A stretch of DNA of 64,000 bases from Epithemia pelagica (taxonomy: Eukaryota; Protista; Bacillariophyta). Shown here piece by piece: positions 31,721 to 43,440 of this stretch; the stretch's first letter is position 1; each line of letters starts with the position of its first letter. The stretch covers positions 3,038,001 through 3,102,000 of the forward strand of contig OX337235.1 in assembly GCA_946965045.2 (NCBI GenBank). Direction: 5' to 3'. The notes beneath the pieces are model-generated. The model was not told the DNA's origin, searched no databases, and worked only from the letters and a program-made list of their open reading frames with translations. A program made the position numbers and the translations under genes.

Positions 31721-34246
31721 ATGGGCTTGTCCAAGCCTCCCTCCACCATGAAGAATAACTTGCCGCGTTTTATCAAGGTACAAGTGCCGGGGACAATCGG
31801 TACGTCATGGGGTTGTAGCAGGAGTTTGGGGATGGATGCTGTTTGCAAGATTTTTTGAGGTTTTTCCGAACCAAAAAGGAGAATTCGTGCAGTGGTATTG
31901 GATCTGATTTTCTGACCAGCTAGCAACTCGTGATACTGTTATTAGATCCACCATGTTATTACGGTATTCCCGTCTCGGACATAATTTCGACCGCATCGTC
32001 GACGGAACCAGTCGATCGAGAACCACTACTACTCCTACCAGCGGAGGAAGCAGCAACAAGCCAGTCCGTTGGTTCCAGTCGTTCCACCACCACCCGTACT
32101 GCCACACTTTGTCTGAACCAATTGCGCAAGGCCCTTGCGTTGCAGCAGCAGCACGGTTCACAACAGAAGAATCCACAGGACGACTACACCTTGACCTACG
32201 TGGATGCCGAGGGGGATTCCATTGTCCTTGCCACGACGGCCCACTTGCAGCAACTCTGGGAGGAACACGAGCAGTCGTCGTGCGTATCTGGGCCCCTAAA
32301 GCTGGTGCTCGTGCCCCGCCAAACGCCGGTTGGTGAAACCGACCAACGACGTGGGCATCCACCCGCAGCTGCTACTTCAGGAGCATCTCGTACGGGGATG
32401 CTTAAATTGTGTTTGGTCACTGAAAACGGTGCGTCTTGTCCGGACTACTACGACTTGTGTATTCGTGGCGATAGGTCTCTCATGTTGCGGTTTTTGGATT
32501 GATGTTGTGTGATACTCAGAGTCGAAATGTCGACGCATTTCCGTGCATCAAATTGTCTCGGACCACCAACCAGAACATGGCTCGTTGTTTTCCCTGGACA
32601 AGCTGTGGAGGTTGGCCCGTGATTTGATTCCAGAAAACGAACACGGCCACCACAACAACGACAATATCGACTGTGTGCGGAGCCAGTGGGCGTTGGTCTG
32701 TATGGATCGTGGGACGGGTCACGTTCGTGTATTGGACTCGGCGGTGGAGTTGGACCAAGTCTTAAGAAAGCAGCAGCAGCACGGGAGTCGTACGCCGAGG
32801 GATCGTCGTGGTTCCTCCCAACGAATACAGCAGCAGCAGCAACAGGGAAACAAGAGGGATGACCACCATCGTCCCGGTGATGTGGAACTCAAGGTGTACA
32901 TTCAGAAACGCATTTACCAAACGGTTCAACTCATTCATGGTGGTACGACCTTTTACTGAAGTAGAGTGTCCAGGGAACGCTTGTACTCTGTGTACTACAA
33001 CAGCCATTGGGCTCTCACATGCAACTGGTTGTTGTTAATTTTTCTTACATTAGACTGTACCCTTTCGAATATCCCTGGCAATGCCTTGGTGGACCCCACG
33101 ACAGGAAGTGTGTCGTACGAGCAATTGGAACAATTGGTACGATCTTCGTTTGGTTGGACTGACTATGAAGAGGTCGTTGGCTTGGAGTTGAGCAGTCCTT
33201 GTGGAGCAACGTCCCGGCCCATTCGCAACACGCACGACGTGCAAAACGTGCTGCGTAGTGGTCCGCTGGACCAGGACAATGTCGCAGTCATTTCTTGTGT
33301 CCAACAGGCCAAATCGCCGGCGGGACGACTCGCTCAGAGAATTTGGAACACCAACCGAATCCGGCAGGGCTGGGCGTTGGTTCTGTGTCTGTTGCTTTTC
33401 ATGATTCCAGCGACTCTGTACCGCAGGAACCTGTTTCGTTCGTTGGAAAGTCTTTCTTCTTCGTGGTTGCATTCCTCCACGCCGTCCAACAGTGTGACAC
33501 ACCGTGAGTGTACCTGTGAATGTCCTCTACCGGACTGGATCACGACGCTTCTTCGACAAGCCAATGAAACACGGCCCACCAGGACCATGACACCGACGCA
33601 TCCTACTCCAGAATCATCCTCGCAGCCACAAACACAAACACACCAAGCACAACCACAAGAAGAATCCGACAACCTCGTTCCTCCAACCCTGCAAGACCAC
33701 CTGGTACTATCTCCGTTAAAAGCCACGCTTCGTGGCATGCATTGTCAAGTCCGAATGTATCCGCACCCTCATGTCTTGTTTTTTCACAAAACTAATCGCG
33801 CCCTTTGGAAACTCCCTCCCTCTCTCGCTCCGGGTCGGTATATTGCCAAGGCTCGTGTGGCACGAAAGGGTCCCGGTCGTACGGTCGTTCATGCCGGTGT
33901 CGTATCCTTGGAGGATCCCGAGAACAGTGGTGTATACGTGGAGGAATTGACGGGTCTGGTCGTGTCCAAGGCGGGATATTATCGCAATCGTTTGGTGCCG
34001 GTGGAACTCCCAGCCACGGGTGGTTGGGATCGGTTTGAATGGCAAACCTTGGCGCTGGTGGACCTTGCCAAGGACGACGACGGTATACAACAAGACGAAC
34101 TTGCATTTGTCGTGGTGGCGGGCAATGGAACCATGTCGCCCAATGTCGATTTTCAAGACATTGTCTTGACCCGACTGCCAGACGACGACGACGACAACGA
34201 AGCAGCCTCGTACCACTGGAACCGCGGTCGGCACAAGGAATTGTAG
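31721..34246 (+). CDS. 4-exon gene (~725 aa): 2-3 PB1-like domains, TM helix, C-terminal CBM6/35-like beta-sandwich
   Basis: GT-AG introns 31800-31945, 32429-32519 and 32943-33053 (all phase 1) join ORFs 31930, 32543 and 32966 in frame; PB1 OPCA motif YTLTYVDAEGDSIVL; WALVLCLLLFMIPA TM; VELPATGGWDRFEW motif. Confidence 0.72.
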
Positions 34247-34856
34247 CGCACACGAAAAGTGAGCAGCTCTGGAATCAAACGATACACCGTAGAGAATAAA
34301 TTAACTCTCTAGAGAGTTTGGTATGCCACACACGGTTCTGGATTCGTTGTTGTCTGCTGCATGGATTGTGAGGATCGGGCTGGGTGTGAGCGTTGGGCAT
34401 GTCGGCGGGCGTGACAGGGCTCATCGCTTCCGTATGGATTCGGGATCCAATCAGAACGCTTGTTTCCAGCAGGGTTGACGTCACCTGAGTGTGACGTGAG
34501 CAACCTGAATACAACTCAGCGCTAATATATCGACATAAAATAAATGAATTTTTCAGTAAAGATGATAACGACCGATGAAGAGTTCTGAGGAAAATCTGAG
34601 AGCAGGAGGTAAGCGAACAAGAGGGGCTGATTTGGTTCGCTCTCTCTCTTCTTTCGCTTTCCTGCCTGTGTGTATGATGGTTGATGGCTCCATCTTGCGC
34701 AAGAACGACACATCATCTGTTTCTCCTCTTCCAAACACACACCCATTGACGAACGAAACAAAGCTGCTCTCGATTCTGGACATTTTCAGTGCATGCCATA
34801 ACACAAAAAAGACCCTCTCTTACTTGATTCATTGACCCTGACATTCCAAAAGAAGA

Positions 34857-35708
34857 ATGAAGATGCTGCGTCTCCTCTGCTCCAAGTCGATCCACGCGGT
34901 GCTGCTCGTGCTGTGTTGGTCCACATCCTCCAGTCATGCGTTGGTTCCCTTGCATCTTCCTTCGACAGCCCTGACGACAACAACGACCGCGTCCGTATCG
35001 GATCCCTTGGCACTCTTGTCCTTGGTGGAACACACGACGAGTCTCGTGGCGACCAAATTGTCCACCACGTACACATCGGCCTTGGCCCAACATCCCTTGG
35101 TGACCAAAATGGCCACGGGTGGTATCTTGGCGACGGTCGGGGACGGCATTGCCCAATCCCAAGAAGTGGACAAACCCTACGATACCCGTCGAGCCTTGTC
35201 GTTTATGGTCTTTGACATTGCCTATCGAGCCTTGCAACAAGCCACCTTTCCGCTCATTATTCATTCCTGTCAAGGTCAATATTTGGGATCGCTCGTCGGA
35301 TCGACCGTCTTGCCAACGGAATATGCCGCCGCCATTGAACAAACCTTGGTGAATCAATTGGGCATTGTGCCCTTGATTTATTATCCCGTCTTTTTTAGTT
35401 TGAGTGGCTTTGTTCAAGGCTTGTCGGTTTCAGCCGCCTTGCAACGGGCCAAGGACAAATTTATTCCCCTCATGAAACGGAATTTGGCCTTTTGGATTCC
35501 CATTCAATTTTTTCAATTTGGCTTTTTGCCCGAAGATTTGCAAATTTCCTTTTTATGCGTCGCTGGACTCTGCTGGACCTGTATTCTGTCCGTGGCGGCC
35601 GGATCGACGACGACTCCTACGACCCCGGAGGAGAAGGCTCTTCAACCTGCCGTGGCGGCGGCTGCGACCATGTCCACACAAACGACTGCAACGGTTCCAC
35701 AAGAATAA
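34857..35708 (+). CDS. Mpv17/PMP22 family membrane protein with bipartite (probable plastid) targeting peptide, paralog 1
   Basis: HPLVTKMATGGILATVGDGIAQ...YDTRRAL...EQTL...LIYYPVFF...FWIPIQFFQF; signal peptide ending SHA-LV. Confidence 0.88.
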   Translation: MKMLRLLCSKSIHAVLLVLCWSTSSSHALVPLHLPSTALTTTTTASVSDPLALLSLVEHTTSLVATKLSTTYTSALAQHPLVTKMATGGILATVGDGIAQSQEVDKPYDTRRALSFMVFDIAYRALQQATFPLIIHSCQGQYLGSLVGSTVLPTEYAAAIEQTLVNQLGIVPLIYYPVFFSLSGFVQGLSVSAALQRAKDKFIPLMKRNLAFWIPIQFFQFGFLPEDLQISFLCVAGLCWTCILSVAAGSTTTPTTPEEKALQPAVAAAATMSTQTTATVPQE

Positions 35709-36736
35709 GAAGAATCCACCTTGGTCCGTACCGTCAACTAAGAATTGGACCAGGATGGCCCAGCACGTTTCCGAGTTGGGGAGGCAAACGGCACCATTCT
35801 CTACCAAACGCCCCCTCCCATTGTACATACATATTATTCTCTCATTCAACAAACGGGTCATTCCTCAACGAACGGGTCTTTCCGAGGTTGCGGTCGTGCC
35901 GAATGGGGCCACTGTCCTTGTCGTCATTTTGGATGCGGCTACGGAGGCTGTGTTTCGGTCCATGAGCTATTTTAAAGTTTAAACAATCATTGCTGATTCT
36001 CGTGTAAAAGACTTCACTGAGTCAATTCATTATGATATGTTTTGGATGTAGGAGTAGACGGAGCTTCGACGGATGTTCGACTGCTATGCAAGGTTCCGCG
36101 TAGCATCCCTCTACAAGAGCTGTTCCCGCGCGATCTCAGCGTCCAATCGGTCGCGAAAAAATTCCGGTCGCGGTTAGTTTGGGGAGTACAGTTTGAATGA
36201 TAGCAATAGATGATTTGAAGTTGGTGACAGGGAGCTGCTTCTCTGGACACGTGGACATGTGACGGCACCTGACGTGGTTGGACGACATGTGCCAAGCGGA
36301 GAAAAAGCGTGAGCGTTTGTAGTTCGTTTGTAGAATACTAAAACTTAGAAGAAAGCCTTCTTTGAAAGTTGGGGAGTGATTGGCACTTGCAGTTTCACAA
36401 TTTGACAATGGTCGGTCCGACACGAACCCATAAGGTCCCTGCAGTCCCATGCTTCTCCTCCACAAGATCCGACCAACAACAAGAGGGCCGTTTGCGGTTG
36501 AATGAAGCCTGAGGAGATTGCTCTTTCTTTGTGGTTGCACTTGCAGATTTCTACACTCACAAGAGTCAATCACCACCATCATTGGAGAACGAGAAAGGTT
36601 GCCACAAAGGAAAAGGCTGAGTGAATCCGTCAGAAACATTGCCCTTGTGCTGGTGATTGGATTTGTGATTGTTGTTGTTCTATATTCTAGAATCCCTCTC
36701 TTGGTTTCGAACGAATACGATTGCTCTTACCAAACC

Positions 36737-37618
36737 ATGAAGAATCTCTCTATGTTGACCCTCCTAATCGGTTTGTCCTTTTCGGCATTTTCGTCGACGG
36801 TCGCCTTGGTCCCTCCCATGCCCTTGGCAGGCCCTCCTCCAGCCATGGTGCCTCTTTTACCATCCTTGGACGTGGCTTCGGCCCATGCGGCAGCGTCGGC
36901 GGCGGCTCCCGTGTGGTGGTCCTCTCTGGTCGAACATTCTCCCGTGGCCGTGGCGGCCCAACAAGTCTTGACGGCCTACACATCCTCCTTGGCCCACCAT
37001 CCCTTGGTGACCAAAATGGCCACGGGAGGACTCCTGGCCACGGCGGGCGATGCCATTGCCCAATCGCAGTCGCAACCCGAAAAGGACTATGATACACGTC
37101 GGGCCTTGTCGTTCATGGTGTTTGACATGTCCTATCGGGCCTTGCAACATGTGGCCTTTCCAATCATTGTCCAGGCTTGTCAGGGTCATTATTTGGGATC
37201 TCTGCTTGGTTCGTCGTCGTTCGTGTCGACCGACTATGCCGCCGCCCTGGAACAAACCTTGGCCAGTCAATTGGGCATTGTCCCATTCTTGTATTATCCC
37301 GTCTTTTTTACCTTGACCGCCGCCATTCAAGGCTTAAGCGCGCGGCAAGGATGGGAACGCGCCACGAGTACGTTTGTCCCCTTGATGCAACGGAATTTGC
37401 TCTTTTGGATTCCCGTGCAATTTGTTCAATTTGGCTTTGTTCCCGAACCCTTGCAAATTCCCTTTTTATCCGTGGCCGGCCTGTGTTGGACCTTTATCTT
37501 ATCCGTCGCCGCCGGATCGGCCACCAACTATCAATCCTCGCAAGGCAGCAGTAGTAGTAGTAGCGGCAACACGAACAGTGAAGGTACGAGTGGAACCATT
37601 CCCATGCCGCCATCCTGA
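36737..37618 (+). CDS. Mpv17/PMP22 family membrane protein with bipartite targeting peptide, paralog 2
   Basis: Same motifs as paralog 1; ATG 36737 (MKNLSML), signal peptide ending TVA-LV. Confidence 0.88.
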   Translation: MKNLSMLTLLIGLSFSAFSSTVALVPPMPLAGPPPAMVPLLPSLDVASAHAAASAAAPVWWSSLVEHSPVAVAAQQVLTAYTSSLAHHPLVTKMATGGLLATAGDAIAQSQSQPEKDYDTRRALSFMVFDMSYRALQHVAFPIIVQACQGHYLGSLLGSSSFVSTDYAAALEQTLASQLGIVPFLYYPVFFTLTAAIQGLSARQGWERATSTFVPLMQRNLLFWIPVQFVQFGFVPEPLQIPFLSVAGLCWTFILSVAAGSATNYQSSQGSSSSSSGNTNSEGTSGTIPMPPS

Positions 37619-39201
37619 GCCGTTTCGTCTTCTGGTTCGTCGTCTTCTGTTATGGAGGAGGAAACCAAAGAGCAAGAACCGGCCCTGGTCTCGACGGCCA
37701 ATTAAGAAACTACTACAAGGGGGGACCACGGACTTCCTTTTTTTGGCAGGAAGGAGTGCGGAACAGCCATTTGGGTATTGTCACGCACCCACACAACTCA
37801 TTCCACTGGTTTAGTGGAATGCCTCTCTTGTTCCCCTCTCTGGGTGTCGTTTGGGATTGGCGATTTCGGGACGAGGCATTCGACAGACAGTCTCGTTTCA
37901 CGCGCGCACTCTCTTTGACTCTCACTCGCTTTCACGTCATGGATAGATGTTCGATGCACATACCTACATATATTTCTATACGAATAGTACAACGCACGGT
38001 TAGAACCAACACGATTGGACTGGCAAACCTACCTTGTTACGTTGGTACCAATGGAGCTCGAGAGTACCTACCATTGTCGTCTCTGGTCCATCACAAAACT
38101 ATTAAGAGTATGTCGTTTGGGGATATACTATAGTGTCGTAACACGAATAGGTGGTCACAAACCCATTGCACGGACAGATTCCGTCGTGTTTCAAGGACTC
38201 GCAGCAACTACCTCGACAGCAACATCGAAAGACAAAACCAATGAACCGTTGATCATGTGCACGACTGGCCATCCTTGGAGGCACGAGTGGCAAGTCGATC
38301 GTGCCTCCGACCGGATACCCCACATCATGTCTCCAAACTACCGGTAGGTATGATTGTAGATGGATGTATAATATACTCCTCCTCCAATTCCGGGAAAAAG
38401 TTGTCCTCGCTCGGTTTCAACGCCAGAAATCCGGCACCGCATACCCTATATGTAAAGTCTCTATTGGCAAAGAACTTCTGGGACCAAAAGTTGGTGGTGG
38501 TATTTTTTCAAGAGGTCCGTTGATGGCAGGATGGAGGCCGAATGTGGTGGCCAAAATCGGGAATTGAATTTCGGATTTTGAGTTGGCGAGATACTCGTCG
38601 CGCTTACTTTTTGCGACTGCCCCCCAATCGAGGCTTAACCAAAAGTGGTCCAAGTCTTGGGTGTTTTTGGTGTCGGGGGATTATAGTAGAGAACTTTTCC
38701 GTACAATCCAAAATTCAAGGCAATAGTCGAAACCCTACTCTGTACAATTGCCCCAGTAATGTCTACCAAGTTTTTGAGCCACAAAAACTTGTGTGACAAT
38801 CTCTTGGGTTTTTGGCCGGGCCCGCACAATCCTGGCGTCGAATTGCAGCCGTCCCATCAGGAAGGAAAAAGTCGTCGTCCTGGTCTCAAATTTGTCACCA
38901 CCAAAGCCATCTCTGGTTCGACGCAAGCACAGTTTGTGTGTAGATCATCTATCGCGAAAGCGTGGGCGATCGATTGTGGTTCAATTGTTTTTTTTTTGTT
39001 TTCGGCAATCGTTCCAAATCCTCGGGCGGTGCACGGTTTGCTCACTTTTGTGGGAGGAACACCGGAACAAGCAAACATCAAGCTTCTTCTTCTTGGACAA
39101 ACCAAATCACACTCATTCATCCAGCGTTGTTCTTGGTTCCTGAATTTTTACTGCAATTTGCATTCTTGTGGACCTTTCTCTAACGTCAACCAAGTACAAT
39201 C

Positions 39202-42200
39202 ATGGCCAAGAAAAACAACAATCGCAAAACCAACGACGACGACGATGAGTCGTCGTCGTCCGGTTCGGAAGAAGAATCTGGCTCCGAGTCTGGATCTGGA
39301 TCTGGCTCTGGCTCTGAATCGGGCTCTGGATCTGAATCGGGTTCTGGCTCTGAATCGGGTTCTGGCTCTGGATCAGGGTCCGAGGATGGATCGTCCTCCT
39401 CCGGATCCGAATCGGGTTCTGGATCCGAGTCAGGGTCTGGCAGTCAATCGGGCACTTCGGGGAGTGGTACCAGCAACAATGACGACGACGATGATGACGA
39501 TGATGACGATGGCGACGAAGAAACCAGTGAGACAAGCGGCAGCAAATCGACCATGATTAGTAGTATTGCCAGTGATGCCGAATCGGGTTCCGGGTTTGAC
39601 GATGACGATGAAAGTGAATCGAGTGGATTGCCTGGTACCGACGAAGAAGATTCGTCCACGAGTGGCGATGAAGAAGAAGAAGATAGTGATTCCGAGAGCG
39701 AAGGCAGTGGCAGTGGTTCCGGCAGCAGTGGGAGTGGAAGTACCTCGGGGAGTGGATCCGCTAGTGGATCGGGCAGTGGATCTCGCAGTGCTTCGGCCAG
39801 TGCCTCCGAAAGTTCCTCTACACCCGAATCCAAAAAGACGTCGTCCAATCCGAGTTCTCCCGAAGACTCGGAGGAACCGACCAGTCAAGCCAATAGTGGT
39901 AGTACGACAGGCAACGCAGGAGACGATGAAACCTCCAAAGACGACGATTCGGCCACCAACGACGACGACGACGACAAGAGTGAATCAGGGTCCGAATCAG
40001 CATCCGAGTCAGCATCCGAATCCGCGTCGGAGTCTGCTTCCAAATCCGCATCGGAATCCGCCTCGGTATCGGAACGCACCGATGACCAAGATGAGGAAGA
40101 ATCGGCTTCCGAACGCACCGACGACCAAGACGACGATGAAGAGTCGGCTTCCGAACAAACGGATGAGCAAGATGAATCGGGCAGTGAAGTCGAAGTCGAA
40201 CAAGACGACGACGATGATGATGATGATGAGTCTGGTACGGCCGAATCAGGAACACAGGGAGATGAAGACACGGCTGAATCGGGAACACAGGAAGATGAAG
40301 ACACGGCCGAATCGGGAACTCAAGAGGATGAAGACACGGCCGAATCGGGAACTCAAGAGGATGAAGAAACACAAGAAAGCGACGACGACGAAGAAGAAGA
40401 CAATGAAACGGCCGAAGACGATGCATCGGAGGAGGAGGAAGAAGAAGCATCGGCATCCGGTTCCGAATCGGGAGCAGACGAGACGCGATCCGCCTCAGAA
40501 TCAGAGGGTGGTACTCGGTCCGAGGCCTCGGGCACTCAAGATGAGGAGGGTGACAGCGAAGAAGAAGACGAGGATGAGGAAGAGGAGGGTAGTGAAGAAG
40601 AAGGGTCCGAAGGAGAGGAAGAGGAGGACGACGAAGAGGATTCCGAAGAGGGAAGCTTCGAATCCAGTGAAAAGGAAGATTCTAGTATCGACCAATCGGA
40701 GGAAACTTATTCTGCGCCCGACATGAGCAATGGTGAAAACGGATCTAGTAGGTCTGAGTCGGAAGAGGAGGAAGAAGACTACGAGGATGATGATGAGGAA
40801 GAAGAGGAAACTGAAGATGAAGAAGAGGAAACTGAAGATGAAGAAGAAGACACGGAAGAGGAATCGGAGGAAGAATCCTACGAAGAATCGAACTATACGG
40901 AGGAGGAGGGTACCGAAAATGCCAGTGCTAGTGGAAACCAAGAAGATATGTTTGGTCAAAAAGAGGATAAAAATAATGACCGACGAGGAGGATTTTTTGG
41001 CTGGCTCGGTGGCAGCAGCAAGAAGCTTAATGAATCACCCGGTAGTCCAGCAGAGGACGCATTTGGAGCTCCTTCCGGTTCAGTTAGTGAAGTCGATGTG
41101 CAAATGTCTTTTGACGGCGAAGACGTGTCTGAAGGAGAAGGGACAGATCGTACCGACGACGATAAGGAGAATCGACGAACGGGATGGTTTGGTGCCGGTT
41201 GGGGAAGTCGAAGTAAACTGGATGAAAATGACAACCGTGCTGGGAGTTATTCGTTGCGCGACAAGGAGTATGCCAAACGGAAAGAGGCAAGAGTTGCTTC
41301 ACTACAAGCGGAACGTGAACATCAACGTGAGGAAGAAGATGAGTCTCGACGGAAGCGAGAAAAGAAATGGGAAAAACAAAAACGAAAGGATGAGGCGGCT
41401 GCGGCAGCTGCTGGTTTTGGTCGAGACGACGACGATGACGAATATGGCGAGCAATTCGATGACGAAACAGAAAGAGATGAAGACTTTGGCAACCAGAAGA
41501 AGAAACGTGGATGGTTTGCTGCGTTGTTCTTGGGAAAGAAAACGAAGGAAAACGTCGGTGGTGGTGACGACATGGAGGACGGTGGAATGATGCCATCGAT
41601 CGCGGAAGGTGACCGCGAAGATGACACCACAGACCGTTTCGATGACGAACCCATGCGGGACCTTGAAGCAGGATATTCTGTTTCCGGGTCCAGGATAGGT
41701 TCCAAGGCGGGTTCCAGGACGAGTTTAACATCCAAATCCAAGGGAGGCGGCGCAAAAACTTCCTCCAAGTCACGAAAAAGTCGCCCGGGTGGAGGATCTT
41801 TCGGAACAACATCTACTTCGACCAAGGCTTCAATAAAGCGTTACGAAGAAAAACGAAAGAAACAGGAACGAGAGCGACGTATGATATTGCTCATCACCGC
41901 AGCTGTAGCTGGTGGTGTTTTGATCTCTGGCATGGTCATTGGACTAGGAATTTCTGTTGGATTGGGTCTCTTCGACGACGATAATGGGCCTGATGTTACT
42001 ACCATCATTGAGCCTGGAACGTCAACACCTACGATGGCTCCGTCACTTGACGTTCGAGACCGACCCATTAGTGGACCCACCAGTGCTCCAACTCCCAGTA
42101 TCCTTCCACAACTCATAGAAAGCGCGTGTGATGGTCTGCCAGAGAATTGCGCCGCCGTGACGCAGCCCGGTACGCCACAGAACCAAGCCATTTTGTGGCT

Positions 42201-43440
42201 TGCCAACAGTCGAGACGTGCAATTCATGACCGAAACCACTCAAATGGCTCGGTATGGCCTCGCCACATTGTATTATAGTACCAACGGTGATGACTGGCTG
42301 CGGAACGACGACTGGCTCTCCGACCTTCCTCTTTGTCGATGGTACAGTACCTCTCAATTCACCAACATTTGCGACCCAATGGGGAACCTGCTCCATCTGG
42401 AGCTCGACAACAACAATCTCGACGGATCTCTGGTTCCCGAACTTGCCCTCTTGCCGACGATGCAAACACTTAGTATCAAGAGTTCGGGTACAGGACAATT
42501 AACAGGTCTCCTTCCACCAACTTTGGCAGCTTTGTCCCAGCTCACCAGTGTCACGATAACGGGAAATTCATTCTCTGGAGGACTGCCGGATACATACGGA
42601 GACTGGGTGCAAGTGCAAACACTGGATTTGAGCAACAATAACCTTTCAGGTACCATTCCTTTGGGATTTGGACCGTTTCTCTCTGCGAATTCCATAGATT
42701 TATCAGACAATAACTTCTCGGGTCCCGTTCCTGCCTCATTGGCCATTTCGGGAGTGTCGCCCAATGACAATCTATTCGACCTGAATTTGGATGACAATGA
42801 CTTCACCTTTGTACCAAGTCAATTTGGTTTGCTGCGAAATATGATTAGTCTCCGCGCGAACCGAAATAATTTGCAAGTCTTCCCGACTGCCGTCTTCTCC
42901 ATGACACAATTGCAAGTATTGCAACTCAGTGGCAACGGCATGGACGGACCCCTTCCCACTGGATTAGCGGCCAATGTGAACCTGAAAGATTTGTTCTTGT
43001 TGGATAACCGACTGACGGGTCCACTCATTCCAGAACTGTTTTCCTTGGAAAATTTGGAACGGCTCAATTTGAGTTTCAATCGCTTGTCAGGTCCCATTCC
43101 GTCCGACATTGAAAATTTGGTCAATGTACGAGAATTGCATTTGGAAGGCAACTTGGGCATTAACGGGAGTGTGCCTGCAGCCTTGGCCTCGTTAACACAA
43201 ATCCGTGCCATTCACATTGAAAAGACTGGCTTGACCGGTTCCATTCCTGATCCAGTGTGTACATTATACAGTACCACAATGACTCGACCACCAATCGCGT
43301 ACGCCGATTGCGACGATCATGATGACAACGCACCCTGTTTCCAATGGTGCTGTACCGATTCTACATTGGAGGATGATTGTACGTGTCGGTTCCCCACAGG
43401 TGATTCAAGATGCTTTGCTTCTTTCGGTGGTTCCTTGTAG
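39202..43440 (+). CDS. Type II membrane LRR protein (1412 aa): ~890-aa D/E/S-rich disordered N-terminus, TM, LRRNT, plant-type LRRs, Cys-rich cap
   Basis: TM MILLITAAVAGGVLISGMVIGLGI; LYYSTNGDDW...CRWY cap; LxLxxNxLxGxIP repeats; C-terminal ADCDD...PCFQWCC. Confidence 0.92.
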   Translation: MAKKNNNRKTNDDDDESSSSGSEEESGSESGSGSGSGSESGSGSESGSGSESGSGSGSGSEDGSSSSGSESGSGSESGSGSQSGTSGSGTSNNDDDDDDDDDDGDEETSETSGSKSTMISSIASDAESGSGFDDDDESESSGLPGTDEEDSSTSGDEEEEDSDSESEGSGSGSGSSGSGSTSGSGSASGSGSGSRSASASASESSSTPESKKTSSNPSSPEDSEEPTSQANSGSTTGNAGDDETSKDDDSATNDDDDDKSESGSESASESASESASESASKSASESASVSERTDDQDEEESASERTDDQDDDEESASEQTDEQDESGSEVEVEQDDDDDDDDESGTAESGTQGDEDTAESGTQEDEDTAESGTQEDEDTAESGTQEDEETQESDDDEEEDNETAEDDASEEEEEEASASGSESGADETRSASESEGGTRSEASGTQDEEGDSEEEDEDEEEEGSEEEGSEGEEEEDDEEDSEEGSFESSEKEDSSIDQSEETYSAPDMSNGENGSSRSESEEEEEDYEDDDEEEEETEDEEEETEDEEEDTEEESEEESYEESNYTEEEGTENASASGNQEDMFGQKEDKNNDRRGGFFGWLGGSSKKLNESPGSPAEDAFGAPSGSVSEVDVQMSFDGEDVSEGEGTDRTDDDKENRRTGWFGAGWGSRSKLDENDNRAGSYSLRDKEYAKRKEARVASLQAEREHQREEEDESRRKREKKWEKQKRKDEAAAAAAGFGRDDDDDEYGEQFDDETERDEDFGNQKKKRGWFAALFLGKKTKENVGGGDDMEDGGMMPSIAEGDREDDTTDRFDDEPMRDLEAGYSVSGSRIGSKAGSRTSLTSKSKGGGAKTSSKSRKSRPGGGSFGTTSTSTKASIKRYEEKRKKQERERRMILLITAAVAGGVLISGMVIGLGISVGLGLFDDDNGPDVTTIIEPGTSTPTMAPSLDVRDRPISGPTSAPTPSILPQLIESACDGLPENCAAVTQPGTPQNQAILWLANSRDVQFMTETTQMARYGLATLYYSTNGDDWLRNDDWLSDLPLCRWYSTSQFTNICDPMGNLLHLELDNNNLDGSLVPELALLPTMQTLSIKSSGTGQLTGLLPPTLAALSQLTSVTITGNSFSGGLPDTYGDWVQVQTLDLSNNNLSGTIPLGFGPFLSANSIDLSDNNFSGPVPASLAISGVSPNDNLFDLNLDDNDFTFVPSQFGLLRNMISLRANRNNLQVFPTAVFSMTQLQVLQLSGNGMDGPLPTGLAANVNLKDLFLLDNRLTGPLIPELFSLENLERLNLSFNRLSGPIPSDIENLVNVRELHLEGNLGINGSVPAALASLTQIRAIHIEKTGLTGSIPDPVCTLYSTTMTRPPIAYADCDDHDDNAPCFQWCCTDSTLEDDCTCRFPTGDSRCFASFGGSL
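40237..40368 (+). repeat. Coding tandem repeat, 4 x 33 bp (TAESGTQ[G/E]DE[D/E])
   Basis: ACGGC(C/T)GAATC(A/G)GGAAC(A/T)CA(A/G)... units read directly. Confidence 0.9.

Noticed and set aside
38330-38760. Possible MITE upstream of the first LRR gene
   Set aside because: Only a weak GGAAAAGTT-like inverted match; no convincing TIR or TSD.
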